64,000 nt of DNA. Source: Mytilus edulis (taxonomy: Eukaryota). This document shows positions 1 through 12,576 of this stretch, in pieces. The position numbers and the translations under genes are program-made. The DNA is taken from contig NC_092350.1 of assembly GCF_963676685.1 (NCBI RefSeq), positions 40,486,001 through 40,550,000 on the forward strand, in the 5' to 3' direction. Under the pieces are notes generated by a model that worked only from the letters and a program-made list of their open reading frames with translations, was not told where the DNA came from and searched no databases. Position 1 is the first letter of the stretch. The number at the start of each line of letters is the position of its first letter.

Positions 1-763
1 GTAAAGTGGTTTCATCCACGCTGTGGTCTTCAATGATCGACTGCAGGTACGACTCAGTAGTTGCTGCTTCTGACGAGATCTTCCTCAATCCAAGGTACGT
101 TTGAAGGTCAGTACCGTACCTGTCTATGTCATGTAATTGTTTTTCAGCATGATGTGTATTAGTATTGCTGCTTTCTAGCATCTGTAATGTTTGTTTAATA
201 CTATGATTTGATTCACTTGTTATCTCGATGATTTCATTTCTTATCTTCTTTTCCAATTTATCGAACTGGTCATTAATCTTTTTCTTTGTTTCTATGATCC
301 GGGCTAAAATGTTTTCTTCCTGTCTCTCTAAACTTTCTTGTTGCTTCTTTAATTCACTTTGTAGAGTTTTGATGTTTTGATCAATATCTTTCAAGCTTTG
401 TTTTGTTTCTTGGAATAGTGACGACTTTTTAACGTTTTCTAATACCTTACTAAGGGGTACTATACCTTTGCATTCATCATGATTCTCAATACATTTCAGG
501 CAGAGAAGTTCATCGTGAGCTTTGCAAATCATTTGGTATTGTTCATTATGTTCATTGCACATATTACTCGTTTGAGAAATCGAAGACATTGCCGAGTAAT
601 CCTGAATCGATACAGTAACGTGATGTTTGGACGACCTTGAAAAGCCATGATAATCAGTACAGTCGTCACAAAATGCTTGTTCACATTCGGGGCACCAGAC
701 TGTGGATGGTTTTGTAATATGTCGATGATCACAGATATCACAAAGTTGGTGAGATGCCGCCAT
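1..763 (-). CDS. TRIM-like B-box/coiled-coil(/NHL) protein, array copy 1, partial (runs off window start)
   Basis: ATG at 763-761; open frame MAASHQLCDICDHRHITKPSTVWCPECEQAFCDDC...SEAATTESYLQSIIEDHSVDETTL continues to base 1. Paralogous to the 12577-14259 gene. Splice acceptor (ttttcag) about 10 nt upstream of the ATG. Confidence 0.9.
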   Translation of the reverse strand, partial: MAASHQLCDICDHRHITKPSTVWCPECEQAFCDDCTDYHGFSRSSKHHVTVSIQDYSAMSSISQTSNMCNEHNEQYQMICKAHDELLCLKCIENHDECKGIVPLSKVLENVKKSSLFQETKQSLKDIDQNIKTLQSELKKQQESLERQEENILARIIETKKKINDQFDKLEKKIRNEIIEITSESNHSIKQTLQMLESSNTNTHHAEKQLHDIDRYGTDLQTYLGLRKISSEAATTESYLQSIIEDHSVDETTL

Positions 764-1540
764 TTAAAGTATTCTGAAAAAAAAGACACTGCATATTTTC
801 ATCACCAAGCGTTATATCGAAAAAAAACTTTAATTCTCCTTGTTTTGATCAATCTCAAAAAAAGCCTTGCAGCGAAATGTAAAATTTCGGCAGGTTTTCT
901 GTACGGAATCTGAAAGAAACGTATTCAATATAAAAAGTTGTACCAAGGGCGCATATACGCTTTCTCACTTTAACTCGAATTAAAGTTTTGGATTAATTTA
1001 TTTGATTATCAAGAAATATTATGAACATTGCTCAAGTATAAGCCAAACCGAGCGCCCAATGCCCCAAAAAGACATGCTCACACAGTAGTTCCTATTGAAA
1101 CAAAACATGGACAATTTGACACTATTAAAGCTACCAAGTTAAAAATCGGAAACTTAAAATAAATAGTAATCAAATGGGATTAACACAAATAACCAAATTG
1201 CAGACATTGCATGACAATAGTGACAGCATTTTTGAATTATTGTTTGAAGTTTTGACGACAGATAGACGGGCGGACAACTGTATAACATAATATGTCAACA
1301 GGAAACACAAAAACGTAAACATTTCCGAGGTTGTCTGCATCATAGTAAACAAGACCTCACGAATTCATTCATTTGATTCATTTATCAAAAAAGGTTAATA
1401 CATAGATATATATAGATCGATCATTTTACACAAGAATATTGACTAAAGTGTATGAATAATCTCTGTCGTCTTGATCAAGAACAATTTGAAGAAATGTGAA
1501 AGGATAAATATTAAAACAGAAAACAATCATTTAAAAAGCA

Positions 1541-1680
1541 TGTTTACCTGCAGTCTGTTACAACACCAAATGAATGTATTCGACCAGGAAATACACACCA
1601 GGTAAATTTGATAAACTTCAAGTAATAAAACGCGGCAGATTTTGAATTCATTGATTGATGTCAATAATCGGATAATCAAA
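1541..1680 (-). promoter_or_regulatory. 5' non-coding exon and promoter module of TRIM-like copy 1
   Basis: Minus-strand donor CAG|GTAAAC at 1547, plus the block gtattcgaccaggaa shared with the modules upstream of the other paralogs. Confidence 0.55.
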
Positions 1681-2679
1681 TCATACGTTCCTGCTGCAGA
1701 AACAAGGAAAGAAAATAAATACCTTGCCATTCATACCAGTGGAACAAATTAATTATTATAAATTTTCACCCCAAAGATAATTAAAACACGTACATATTTG
1801 GTAAAGTTTTATCTATTTACAAGTTTTTTGTTTACACATATCTATTGTTTAAGTTTGATAAGGTTGCGAATAATACGGTTACCATGTAAGTATAATCCAC
1901 GTTGTTCACCTTACTGTAAATACTCTTACATGGGTCTCTGGTCGGAAACTGTACGACTCTAGGTACGACTAAGGCTAAACAATGAAAACAAAAAACCATA
2001 ATCAATATTCCAGCATGTTCATTAGTAATTAGATCACAAATAGGACCAATTTTCAAGGTGTTATTTTACTCTTTTTCATACCAGTATCAACACAAGCATA
2101 TTTTGCCATGATTCTCATCACTTTATGAAATGATTCCAATACGAACCCTGGACCATCTCAATTCGAACCAAGCTATTCGAGTGGTACCTGTGATAAACCT
2201 GCTAAATGGGACGATAAAGGCATTGAATGCAATATATATACTTGTAACCAATGGTATCATGTTGTCAGTCAATGTCACCAAGTATGTACCTTTATCAATG
2301 ACTCTGCAGCTGCATTGAATAGACAACTTTCGAGTTCAATGCATTTCCATCAAAAACTTTACTTTTAGTGTAAGTCATCCGTGCGTTTAGGGGCGTCGTC
2401 TCTTCCGTTCCAATGTTGAGCAAGTGGCTGGAAAACTATGATATGCTATATTGCACGACTTTTTTGGCAAATTAAATTCTCATAATTGACAATCAGCACT
2501 GGTGTCATTAGGGAATTATGATCAAGTACCTACAGAACAAACATTATTTCTAGTTTATCCTGCACAATGACGATCACTAAGACGTTTGGTGAACGTTAAT
2601 ATCTGAAAAATGACGTCATAAAGGCGCGCATAGTTAACGAGTATTTTCCGGTGACAGACAAACTCGAAAATGGTCTTTT

Positions 2680-4080
2680 ACATTGCATGTATAACTTTCC
2701 GATTTATTCAACATTCGGATTTTTCTATGGTTTTCAGCACTTCAAAACATTTTGATATCATGTCCGAATCACCTCAAGAAAGTCCCTAACCAACAAACCA
2801 GATGCAAACCATTCATGCATTTAAACCAATAAAATCAGCAACAAGACGACTTAATCACAATAACATTTGAGATTTTCAATTATTCAAAAGAAAGCAACCT
2901 CAACTTGACTATCTTATTGATACTACAGCCCTGGATATTATCATTGGTACATAGTCATTGACATAAAAGATTCTCGGATCTTTCCACACGAATAAAATAT
3001 ATCTAGAAATGACAGAAACCTATCAGAAGGAGATATATTCAAAGCAGTAAAGAATATATATATAACTACATCAGCTCCAGAATTGCAAACTGACGGCGAA
3101 ACGATATGGTGCAAATTAGAGCTAGTTTGATAAAAACCCATTTACATATTCTCCTATACAACCCTTGGATATCAAACGAAAAAAACATAATTCAGTTTGG
3201 TAGGTGCATAGGAAGAGCATCAAGAATAAACAATGCATTTATATTGTCTGCTGGAGGTGTCAACCTGCCAGGATGGAATTGGATGAAAAAAAAACCTAAA
3301 CCATATTCCCAGTGTCCAACTATACACTATAACTTTAATTACATACTACATGATTGTGGTTTTACTCAACTAGTCGAGAGAAAGACAATTACATCTTACA
3401 AGCCATCCATCTAGTATCAGTAGGACTAAGATCATACCAGGTATACCATATCACGAAATAGCATATCTGGAATCAATATAATACCAGCTAGACATCACCA
3501 AAAAGCTTACAGACACCATTATATGGCAAAAGAAACTCGGAGAATGTAAAAATAGACATCATAATCATCAATAAGTCACTACCAGATATGGTAAGATAGG
3601 GAAGATTAGTAGAGAATATTTAGAATATATTCCAGAAAAAGTTATAGGAAAGTATCAAGAATAACATATCTCACAAAGCAGCAAGGAATAAAGATGAATG
3701 GTCATTGCTTAATACAGACATGAAACAACTTATGCGAAAACGAGATAGGTTGTTTAAAAGACTACAAAAATTGGAAACCATGCTGATGCGGCAAAATACT
3801 AAAAAAAAGTAAGATACACAACGTGAGGTTTGGCGTGCTTACGAGAAATACAATAAAAGCATAGTTACTACACAATATGATGACCACAGTGGCACTAGAA
3901 ACTACATGAAGTGTTTTTTTTTACTTGCATCAAACACACAAAGGATAATAATGACAGCATTACTACACTTCAATCAAAGAGAATCGTTCATAAAGAACCA
4001 ATGGTAATAAGGCAAACATTCAAAATTATTAATTCTTAAAAGCATTTTTCATCAAGAGAAGATATACCAGACAAAGACAA
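2680..4080 (+). mobile_element. Decayed non-LTR retrotransposon (CR1/L2-like) APE endonuclease fragment
   Basis: Broken frames give LDYLIDTTALDIIIGT, NISRNDRNLS, PELQTDGETIWCKLEL, AGGVNLPGWNW (degenerate GDFN motif) and GFTQLVE. Many stops and frameshifts; boundaries approximate. Confidence 0.7.
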
Positions 4081-4689
4081 GGGTGCCAACTGAAGCCCGC
4101 CTCCGGTGTAAGATTTTCACTCAAGTGTTGAAGATCCATTGGTTGCCTTCTGTTGATTTCTGTCTATTGGTCGGCCATTGCGATTGCCAAATAAACGGAT
4201 CACCAGATGTATATATAGAAGTCAATATGATTAACTTATCTTGTTATGAATGATGAAAATTATCTAAGAATTTGAATACGCAGTCCCATTTTTTTTTGGA
4301 AAATAATCGATAAATAGTTAAACCATAATATAAAAGATTACTGTTCGAGTAATAAAAGATTAATTTGAAAGCGAATTTAAAATGTGTGACCATATCATCT
4401 TACCATTAAAGACAATGTGGAGTACAAGGTTTTCTTTGGCAATGTTTAAGTTTAGTTATCAGAATCAAATGAATAAAAAGAAGGAACATGTCATCTTCCT
4501 TCAGAATCTGTTATCTTTTAATTCAAAGTCTAAATTAAATGATGGAAGCTTTCCAAATACACAAATAACAAATGTTTTAAAATGTGTCGTCTGTACATTT
4601 TATTTGACTTATTAACTGATCTTCGTACAATCTTCATTTGTTAAATTATAATTATCTATTGAAAACATTGCCGATGTAAAATCAATAGA

Positions 4690-4862
4690 TACAAGAAGAT
4701 GTGGTATTAGTGCCAATGAAACAACACTCCATCCAAGTCACAATTTGTAAGAGAAATCATTATAGGACAAAGTACGGTTTTCAACACGGAGCCTTGGCTC
4801 ACATTGAACAGCAAGCTATAAGGGCTCCAAAATGAATAGCGTAAAACCATTTAAACGGGAAA
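4690..4862 (+). repeat. Abundant interspersed repeat family A (fragment)
   Basis: aagaagatgtggtat..tgccaatga..caac..cttcaaca..gctataa core recurs about ten times in the window. Confidence 0.7.
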
Positions 4863-5789
4863 ACAATGCATACTTAATCTTATTCGTTTAAATTAAGAAT
4901 AACAATTCAAGTCTGACAAATTATTCAATGACAGGTTCTTATTTTTTTTTTTGCAATCATTGGTATAATGATAAGATTGTCATTCTATCATTTGTCTTTG
5001 ATAACACAGAGTCAATAAAAATAACGAATTTCAGTAGCTAAAGATAATTCAACCATTCTCTTAGTACTAAAAAAAATTACTATAGTATTATTCAACTAAT
5101 GATGTCAATCAGATGTGGATTCTTAAAAATTCTAAAAATCTCTCGCAAAATCTTTGATCACAATTTATGCAATTTTGCAGCAGCATTAGGAAATTGATTT
5201 TTGTACGGCTCCAAATGCTCAATTGAGGTATCAACTTTACCATCTCATTAAACAGAGCTTTTTTTCTATAAAAATTGGAATCAAAGATATATATTTTTTG
5301 TTTCGGGTTATGAGAATTATTGTTTTGTGAAGAACCATATTGATTCTATCAGAAAATACCAATAAGATGAAATTACGAAAATATCAACCCTATTCCAGTC
5401 TATATCTAAATTTGTTAATTTCTTTAATAATGTGGTGACATTTCTTTGAAATCGTACAAAGTTGATGAATTAAAACAGAAATAATCTAGTGACAGAAAAT
5501 TCCAGAGGTGTGAGACTGGTACATTGGAATGAACTTCTTGTATTTATGAATGTTGAAAGTAAACAATAAGGTCATGGTCAAATGTAGTATGTACAAGTTT
5601 TGCAAATAATTATATACATATTGCTCGCCTAGCATACATAGTGAATAAGATTAAGCTCATTAAAAGAAACAAGGTAAAAGTACTCATGGAGAAAGCCAAT
5701 TTCTGCGCAAACCCCTCCTTATTGAAGACATTTATAGTCGAAATGTAAATCTGGAGCAGTGCAATTTGTACCGTTTATGTTACTATACA

Positions 5790-6182
5790 TATCAAAATGT
5801 AGTATGATTGCCAATGAGACAACTCTACACGAGAGACCAAATGATACAGAAATGATCAATTATAGGTCACCGTATGATCTTTTACAACGAATAAACCTCA
5901 TACCGCATAGTCAGCTATAAAATGCACCGAGATGATATATGTAAAATAATTCAAACAAAAAGACTAACAGCCCAATTCATGTAAAAAAAAATAATGAACG
6001 AAAAACAAATTTGTAACACAGCAACAACTAAACTACAGGCTCCTGGCCTGGGAAAGGCACATAAAAAGTGTTGTACAATTAGACAATAGTTTGAAGGCCC
6101 CCTACCTCACCTACCATGAAACAGTGGGGTAACAGTACAACATAAAAACAAACTATAAAATTCAGTTGGAAAAAGTCTTAAC
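5790..6182 (+). repeat. Interspersed repeat family A, at the truncation point of TRIM copy 2
   Basis: gtatgattgccaatgagacaactc...ataccgcatagtcagctataaaa...; directly abuts the broken end of the pseudogene. Confidence 0.75.
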
Positions 6183-6578
6183 TTCTTTGGTCAATATCTT
6201 TTAAGCTTTGTTTTGTTTCTTGGAAAAGTGACGACTTTTTAACGTGTTCTATAACCTTTTTAAGTGGAACTATCCCTTTGCATTCATCATGATTCAAAAT
6301 GCATGAAGGACATACAAGTTCATCGTGAGCTTGGCAAACCTTTTGGTATTGTTCATTATGTTCCAGGCACATAATACTGTTTTGTGAAATCGATAAAGGC
6401 ATTGATAAATAGGACTGAATAGATACAGTCATGTGATGTTGGGACAACCTTGACAATCCATGATAATTCTTGCAATCGTCACAAAATGCTTGTTCGCATT
6501 CGGGACACCAGACAAATGACGGTTTTTTTTATTATGTCGATGATCACAGATATCACAAGGTTGCTGAGATCCCGCCAT
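6183..6578 (-). pseudogene. TRIM-like copy 2 pseudogene (B-box region only)
   Basis: ATG at 6578 (MAGSQQPCDICDHRH), +1 frameshift in an A-run near 6525, then ...CLEHNEQYQKVCQAHDELVCPSC...ETKQSLKDIDQ, ending at repeat A. Its 5' exon donor is at 7615. Confidence 0.85.
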
Positions 6579-8447
6579 TTAATGTATTCTAAAATAAGAA
6601 AGAAATTGCATAATTGGTTTTCATCATGCGTAAAATCGATCAGATGTACATGTTCCCTGTTTGGATAAATCCACAACATAGATAGCTAAAAGTGGAAGTT
6701 CCCTAGTTGTCTGTACCGAGTCTACTCGAACTTATTCAATATTTTTAAAAGAGCTACGCCATGAGCAAAAAATACGCCCATCAACCTTTAAGCTGATCTT
6801 CATGCTTTATATGAATTTATATGATCCAATAGAAATACTAAAACCACTTCATCAATATAGCAGTTTTTGATCATTTGTCTGAAAAGTGGAAAATTCCCTT
6901 CTGTATGAATACATTCCTAATACTTCAAAACGTAAATCAGAAATTGTTAAAGAATCGTATGAAAATTCATGTCAATATATATTAAAAAAATTCAATAAGG
7001 TTTCTTAAAAGTTGATTAATTATAGTCAGAAAACTGAAAATTCCATATTTTCTGAGAAAAAATTCCCATAGCACGGAAATACAGAATTTTAAAACAAATA
7101 AAACTTGAAAGCAAGTTTACGTCACGGATATACAAAAAAATCACCAAATCTTTATGAAAATTGGTAAAAGCATTTTCGTGTTATAGTCCGAAGTGTTGAC
7201 GACGGAAGAACAATGGTATATTGTCTTTAAATTCATGCGTATAAAAATGAAAGCATATTGATTTTATACAAGAAAGATGACCTTAAACATGTAGTTCAAC
7301 ACTTTCTTATAAGAGCTTTAACAGTCTCAAACGTGAAATAATGAAGAATCTGTAAATTATGTTTCGAACCAGGCAAAAATACGTATGAAATCAATGTTCC
7401 TGGTTGGTTTAACCCAATAAACCATACAAAACAGCGAAAAGTTTTAAATAATTCAAAGGTTTTCGGCAGCATATTAAACGAGACCTCATAAAGCAGCCAT
7501 TGATATATTTAATAAAAAAGTTAATATATAGATAAACTTTAAACGAGAAACGGTTTTAAAATTCCAAATGAAAAATAATAAAACAGTGAAAAAATGTTAA
7601 GAAAAACAAGTTTACCTGTAATGTAAATCAACATCAAAATAAATCTGTTCGATCTGGAAGTATACAATATGTAAACAGTTACGTGAATATGATTAACTTA
7701 AAGTTCTTAAACCTCGAGAAAAAAATGCAGCAGATGTTGAATGTCCTCAATCTGATAATCAAAGAAGATTATGTTCAAGAAAACAAGTGGAAAAATATAT
7801 TGCCACTTATAACAAGAGTGCACACGCTGAAATGTCTCGCCTTCTTTACTAACCACTGATATTTTGTTTATAGTCCTAAATATAAAGCTTTACTACAACT
7901 ATCCCATAAACTTAACATGATCCAAGAAAATGAGGCCACGATCGTATAAATTGAAAGGGGCAATACATGTTCACCTTACAATCATTCAATAAACTATCTA
8001 TAGTTGACCTATTGCTTTTAGTTTCAAAAAAAATGAACATTGACTAATGAACCAAGAAAATTAGGTCAGGTTCAGATAAATAAAGGCCCTTGCCAGGCAG
8101 ACATGTCCTGCTTACAATCATTCCATACATCAAATATAGTTGACCTATTACTTATAGTTAAAGAAAAACAGACAAAAACACAAAAACTCAACATTGAGCA
8201 ATGAACCGTGAAAATGAGGTCAAGGTCAAATTAGACCTGAAAGACTGACATATACATCTTAAAATCTTTCCTAATACCAAAAATAGTAAGCCTATTGCAT
8301 ATAGTATTAGAAGAATGAACCATGAAAATAAGGTCATGGTCAAATGAAACCTGTCAGTTGGACATGTACTCCTACAATCATCCGATACACTAAATACATT
8401 ATACCTAGTGTGTACAGTTTAAGAACATCAGACCAAAACACAAAAAC

Positions 8448-9338
8448 TTTTTATTTTTATTTTTTATTTATAACTTCCAATTTACAACATAATATACACA
8501 TATATAATAGCAATATATAATTTATAAATCTATATATATTATCTAATCAATACATTTTTCTATCAGGAAGCAATTTTTTATAATATACAAATATAAGATA
8601 AAGAGTAANNNNNNNNNNNNNNNNNNNNNNNNNNNNNNNNNNNNNNNNNNNNNNNNNNNNNNNNNNNNNNNNNNNNNNNNNNNNNNNNNNNNNNNNNNNN
8701 NNNNNNNNNNNNNNNNNNNNNNNNNNNNNNNNNNNNNNNNNNNNNNNNNNNNNNNNNNNNNNNNATAATTCATCTAGACATTGAATTCTATTTTAGTATA
8801 GTAAATACAGAATTTTCATTTATAATATGTATAATATTAAGTGTAAAGTATATAAATTTTTGTACTTCACTAAGTAATCTATCAAAAACAATTCATTCTC
8901 TGCGAAACTGATTTTCACATTTGTTTTTTATAGTAATATTTGTGTCCATTGCATACACATATTTCATCTTTTCTTTTACTGATTTTATTTTTTTTAAACA
9001 TTTGGAATTATTAATATATTGCTTTATGGTAAGAAAAAGAGTATTTTTTGCCTTTTGATATTTTGCAATGTTACCAAAAAAAGCAAACTTCTTTTGCAAA
9101 AAGTACACTAATTCCATTGGTCAGAAACCAATTTTCAATCTGTTCTTATAATAATTGTGTATGTTCACATTCCCAAAATAAATGTTCTAATGTTTCAATT
9201 TCTCTTTTACAAACTGTACAATTTGGATTATCAAAAATCTTAATTTTATGAAGAAATTTGTTTGAAGCTAAGATTCGATGTTTGAATCTATACTGTAGCC
9301 ATTGTAACTTAGTATTATTAGTGACAACAAATGGCAGT
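8448..9338 (-). mobile_element. 3' fragment of an L1/Tx1-like LINE (zf-RVT region and A-rich tail)
   Basis: KLQWLQYRFKHRILASNKFLHKIKIFDNPNCTVCKREIETLEHLFWEC is the C-terminal Cys/His motif of L1/Tx1 ORF2. T-rich tail on the + strand at 8448-8470. Confidence 0.75.
8609..8764. other. Assembly gap (156 N)
   Basis: Run of n. Confidence 1.
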
Positions 9339-10869
9339 ATTGACCGTCCCTTTGGTATCATTTGTCCCTCTTTTATCATTTTTTCCAATGATTTTGATCA
9401 AGCCAAAAATTTCAGTCCATCTTAACTGACTAGTGGGAACACTTCAATTTTTATTAAAAAAAACCAATATACATATCTTTCAATCCTTTCAAACTTTAAA
9501 CAAGTCTTTTAATAGCAGATGGAATTAAAAATCTTAACTCTTATCACTGAACCAAGACAACGAGGTCCAGGTCAGATGATACCTGCCTGTTGGACATGTA
9601 CACCTTACACTCCTTCCATACACCAAATATACTAGACTCTTATAGTATAAGAAACATGGACTTGACCACCAAATCTTAACTTTGTTCACTGCTCTATGAA
9701 ATGAGGTCGAGGTCAAGTGAAACTGGCATGAGAACCTTACAAGGTTTGAAGCTAAGATTCGATATAACTTAAAATAAGAGAGGAATTAACATTACAAAAA
9801 ATCTAAACTTTTTTTCTAGTTGTCACTGAACCATGAAAATACGGCCAAGGACACTGGTCATGTGACAGACGAAAACTCGTAACATAAGGCATCTATATAA
9901 AAGTATGAAGCAACCAGGTTTTCCACCTTCTAAAATATAAAGCTTTTTAAGAAGTTAGCTAACGCATTCGCCGCCGCCGCCGCCGCGGGACAAAAGTTGC
10001 AGGCTTAACCAAAATTGCCTTAACAGCGGAGAACATATAGTTTTTTACAGCAATTTTTATCCTGACTACCTGAAATACTTGTACTTAACCCTTAAAATTC
10101 CTTTTAAAAAACGTGCATATTTGATACAGTTCTATCTGCATATAACTTTTTGTTATTTTTATAAATAGTTATTGTTGTATTTGATTAGTTTGCAAAGAAT
10201 ATGTTTGAATCTATAGCATGTAAGTATGTATTAAAATATATATAAAGAAGATACTTATTATGATAATATGTGTGTTTTTAACTTTTTTATTAAGGAATTA
10301 TTTTTGAATGCTGTTCACCACTTATCATTTGTCGTCATATTAAAAGGATCGCTGATGTTATATTCGGACACTGTTCACCGATCAAAACGGAATGATGCCA
10401 CTTTAGTCATATATTCATAATCATGAATTCTAGTAACAGCATCATAACAAAACTTGTGGTTATAAAAAGAGATTCAACGACTGTGAGTGTCAACTGTTCC
10501 ATAATAAGTATACAGCTAAGATGATCCCTGTACCCTTATTTTTGACATTTATTTATATTACTAGTATGTCTGTTTGTTCGTCACACAATATAATGGATAT
10601 TTATATTACTTTCATACAAGTGAGAGATAATCGCAAATGCTGTTAATGTATCGTCTATGATCAAGCGATATTTGTTTTAAATCTCCTATAATAAGTCTTA
10701 AAAGATCATAAAGAAACTGAAAACCTAGCAATTGAAAAGTGCTGCGTTATACAAAACATAAAAAAAAAAACAGTCCGAAGAACAATACATCAGGTTGGTT
10801 GCTGATGAATCTATGGTAGATGAATTTTGATGCACAATCTGATTTCAAAAAAGTTGCAAACAATTAGGA

Positions 10870-11385
10870 TCACTTATAACATGCGTGTACTCTCAGATCA
10901 GTACTTAGTGTCTTATTGTTGTTGGGATATAGAAGTACCAATCTCTGTTTTTGTTAGATGTATTTCTATTTGTATCCATCTGATGACTTTTTCGACTGAT
11001 GTTTATATTTTGTTCTTTTGTTGTACTGTTACACCACAGTCCCAGTTTAGGGGGAGGGTTGGGAGCACGCAACCATGATTAACCAAGCCACATTATGTAT
11101 GTATGTGCCTGTACCAAGTTAGGACTTTGTAACTCAGTGGTTGTCGTTTGTTTAAATGTTACATATTTGTTTTTCGTTCATTTTTTTTTTACATACATTA
11201 GGCCATAAGTTTTCTCGTTTGATTGTTTTTACATTTCTCATTTCGTGACTATAGCTGACTATGCGGTAAGGGCTTTGCTTATAATGGAAGGCCGTATGGT
11301 GACCTATAGTTAATAATTTCTGTGGCATTTGGTCTCTTGTGGAGAGTTGTCTCATTGGCAATCATACCACATCTGCTTCTGTTTT
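10870..11385 (-). repeat. Interspersed repeat family A (long copy)
   Basis: Reverse complement of 5790-6182 and 45370-45690. Other copies at ~33550-33690, 35420-35576, 44095-44590, 56925-57050, 62470-62590. Confidence 0.75.
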
Positions 11386-11699
11386 TATTTTTACACCCTG
11401 ACAGGAAACTTTTGAATGATGCTTAAATCTCTGAAAACCAACAAAATGTTTTTGGTTCTACTCCATTGAGTTTCAGTGATTATCTGAATAATTTCTTTTA
11501 CCCAGGAGGAAAATAAAAACATAGCAGCATTCTGTTTAACATAGCTCATTTTCCTTTTATATATGAACTATTATTCCATAGAAATATGATATTGATTGTC
11601 ATTTCAATGCTTACATCGTCAAATCTGGGAATTCGATGGATTCCAGATAAAGTGTGTCTCCTCTTTACTTTCTTATGTTATACTGCTTTCGTCTTAGTA

Positions 11700-11830
11700 A
11701 GATCATAATTAATTCTAACAACTATCGTGCATTTCATTTCACAATTGCTTTTGATAGAGGATTGCTGCTTACGCGGAAGCTATTAAATCGAGAGTTTCAA
11801 GTGATAATATTAAAAGCATATCTTGAAAAA
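11700..11830 (+). mobile_element. Penelope-like RT C-terminal fragment
   Basis: FDRGLLLTRKLLNREFQV matches the decayed RT at 50020-50620 (FLDRGLLLTRKLLK). Confidence 0.5.
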
Positions 11831-12576
11831 CAAATACAGATTTTTTTTACATTTACAGGTAAAAGATAAAATGAAAAGGGACATTTAATCGCGTTTACTA
11901 GACATACATACATAAGAGTATTATTGCTATCATCTGTGTATATCAAAGCCTGGAAACACTAAAAACATACAAAACGAAACTACATTGAAAAACGAAAATT
12001 GTGCCTAGATAGCGGCAAATGAAAATAAATCGTTCATTAAATATTTATAAGAAATACAATAAATTATGTTCTATTACCTCAAAAGAATTGTAATAAACAA
12101 CAGAAGTAATACGTTATACCGCTTATTTCGTGTTTAAATACAACACCTCGATAACATTTTAACAACTTGTCGAATAAAATCATTCAAGAATTATAACCAA
12201 TATGTTTAGGACCTATGGAAGGTGCTACACGAACGACAACATTGTAGGTATGCTGATAATTGCCCGAAAATAATAAATATGATAATAGAACTATATTGAA
12301 CAATTGAGCATACAGGATGGTCCGTGCTAAAAAGCCAATTATGAATAGTTTGTTTCCGGGTTTACACAGGCATATAATGATCAATTTCCGACATTTGTTA
12401 CCTGTCAGCAGACTAAGAAAAAATGCCATTTCTTCAATTCACAAAAATGGAGCAAGTTGTTTCACGTTTCATCTTTACTTCAAACAAAATTACAATATAT
12501 CAAACAAACATAAGTCTAATGATTTAGAAACTTCTTTTTATCGTGAAATGAATTACAACGATTCGCAAAGACAGTA

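Larger units (their letters stand above)
7811..10013 (+). mobile_element. Helentron-associated non-autonomous element (HINE/DINE-like) with internal tandem core repeats
   Basis: Starts aacaagagtgcacacgctgaaatgtctcgcc; repeated core (catgaaaatgaggtcaaggtca...); (GCC)n microsatellite near the end. Inserted in the upstream region of copy 2, as judged against copy 1 flanks. Related fragment at ~49650-50020. Confidence 0.55.

Noticed and set aside
6692-6703. NF-kB site ggaagttccc in the copy 2 intron
   Set aside because: Single site in a pseudogene, not seen in the paralogous introns.
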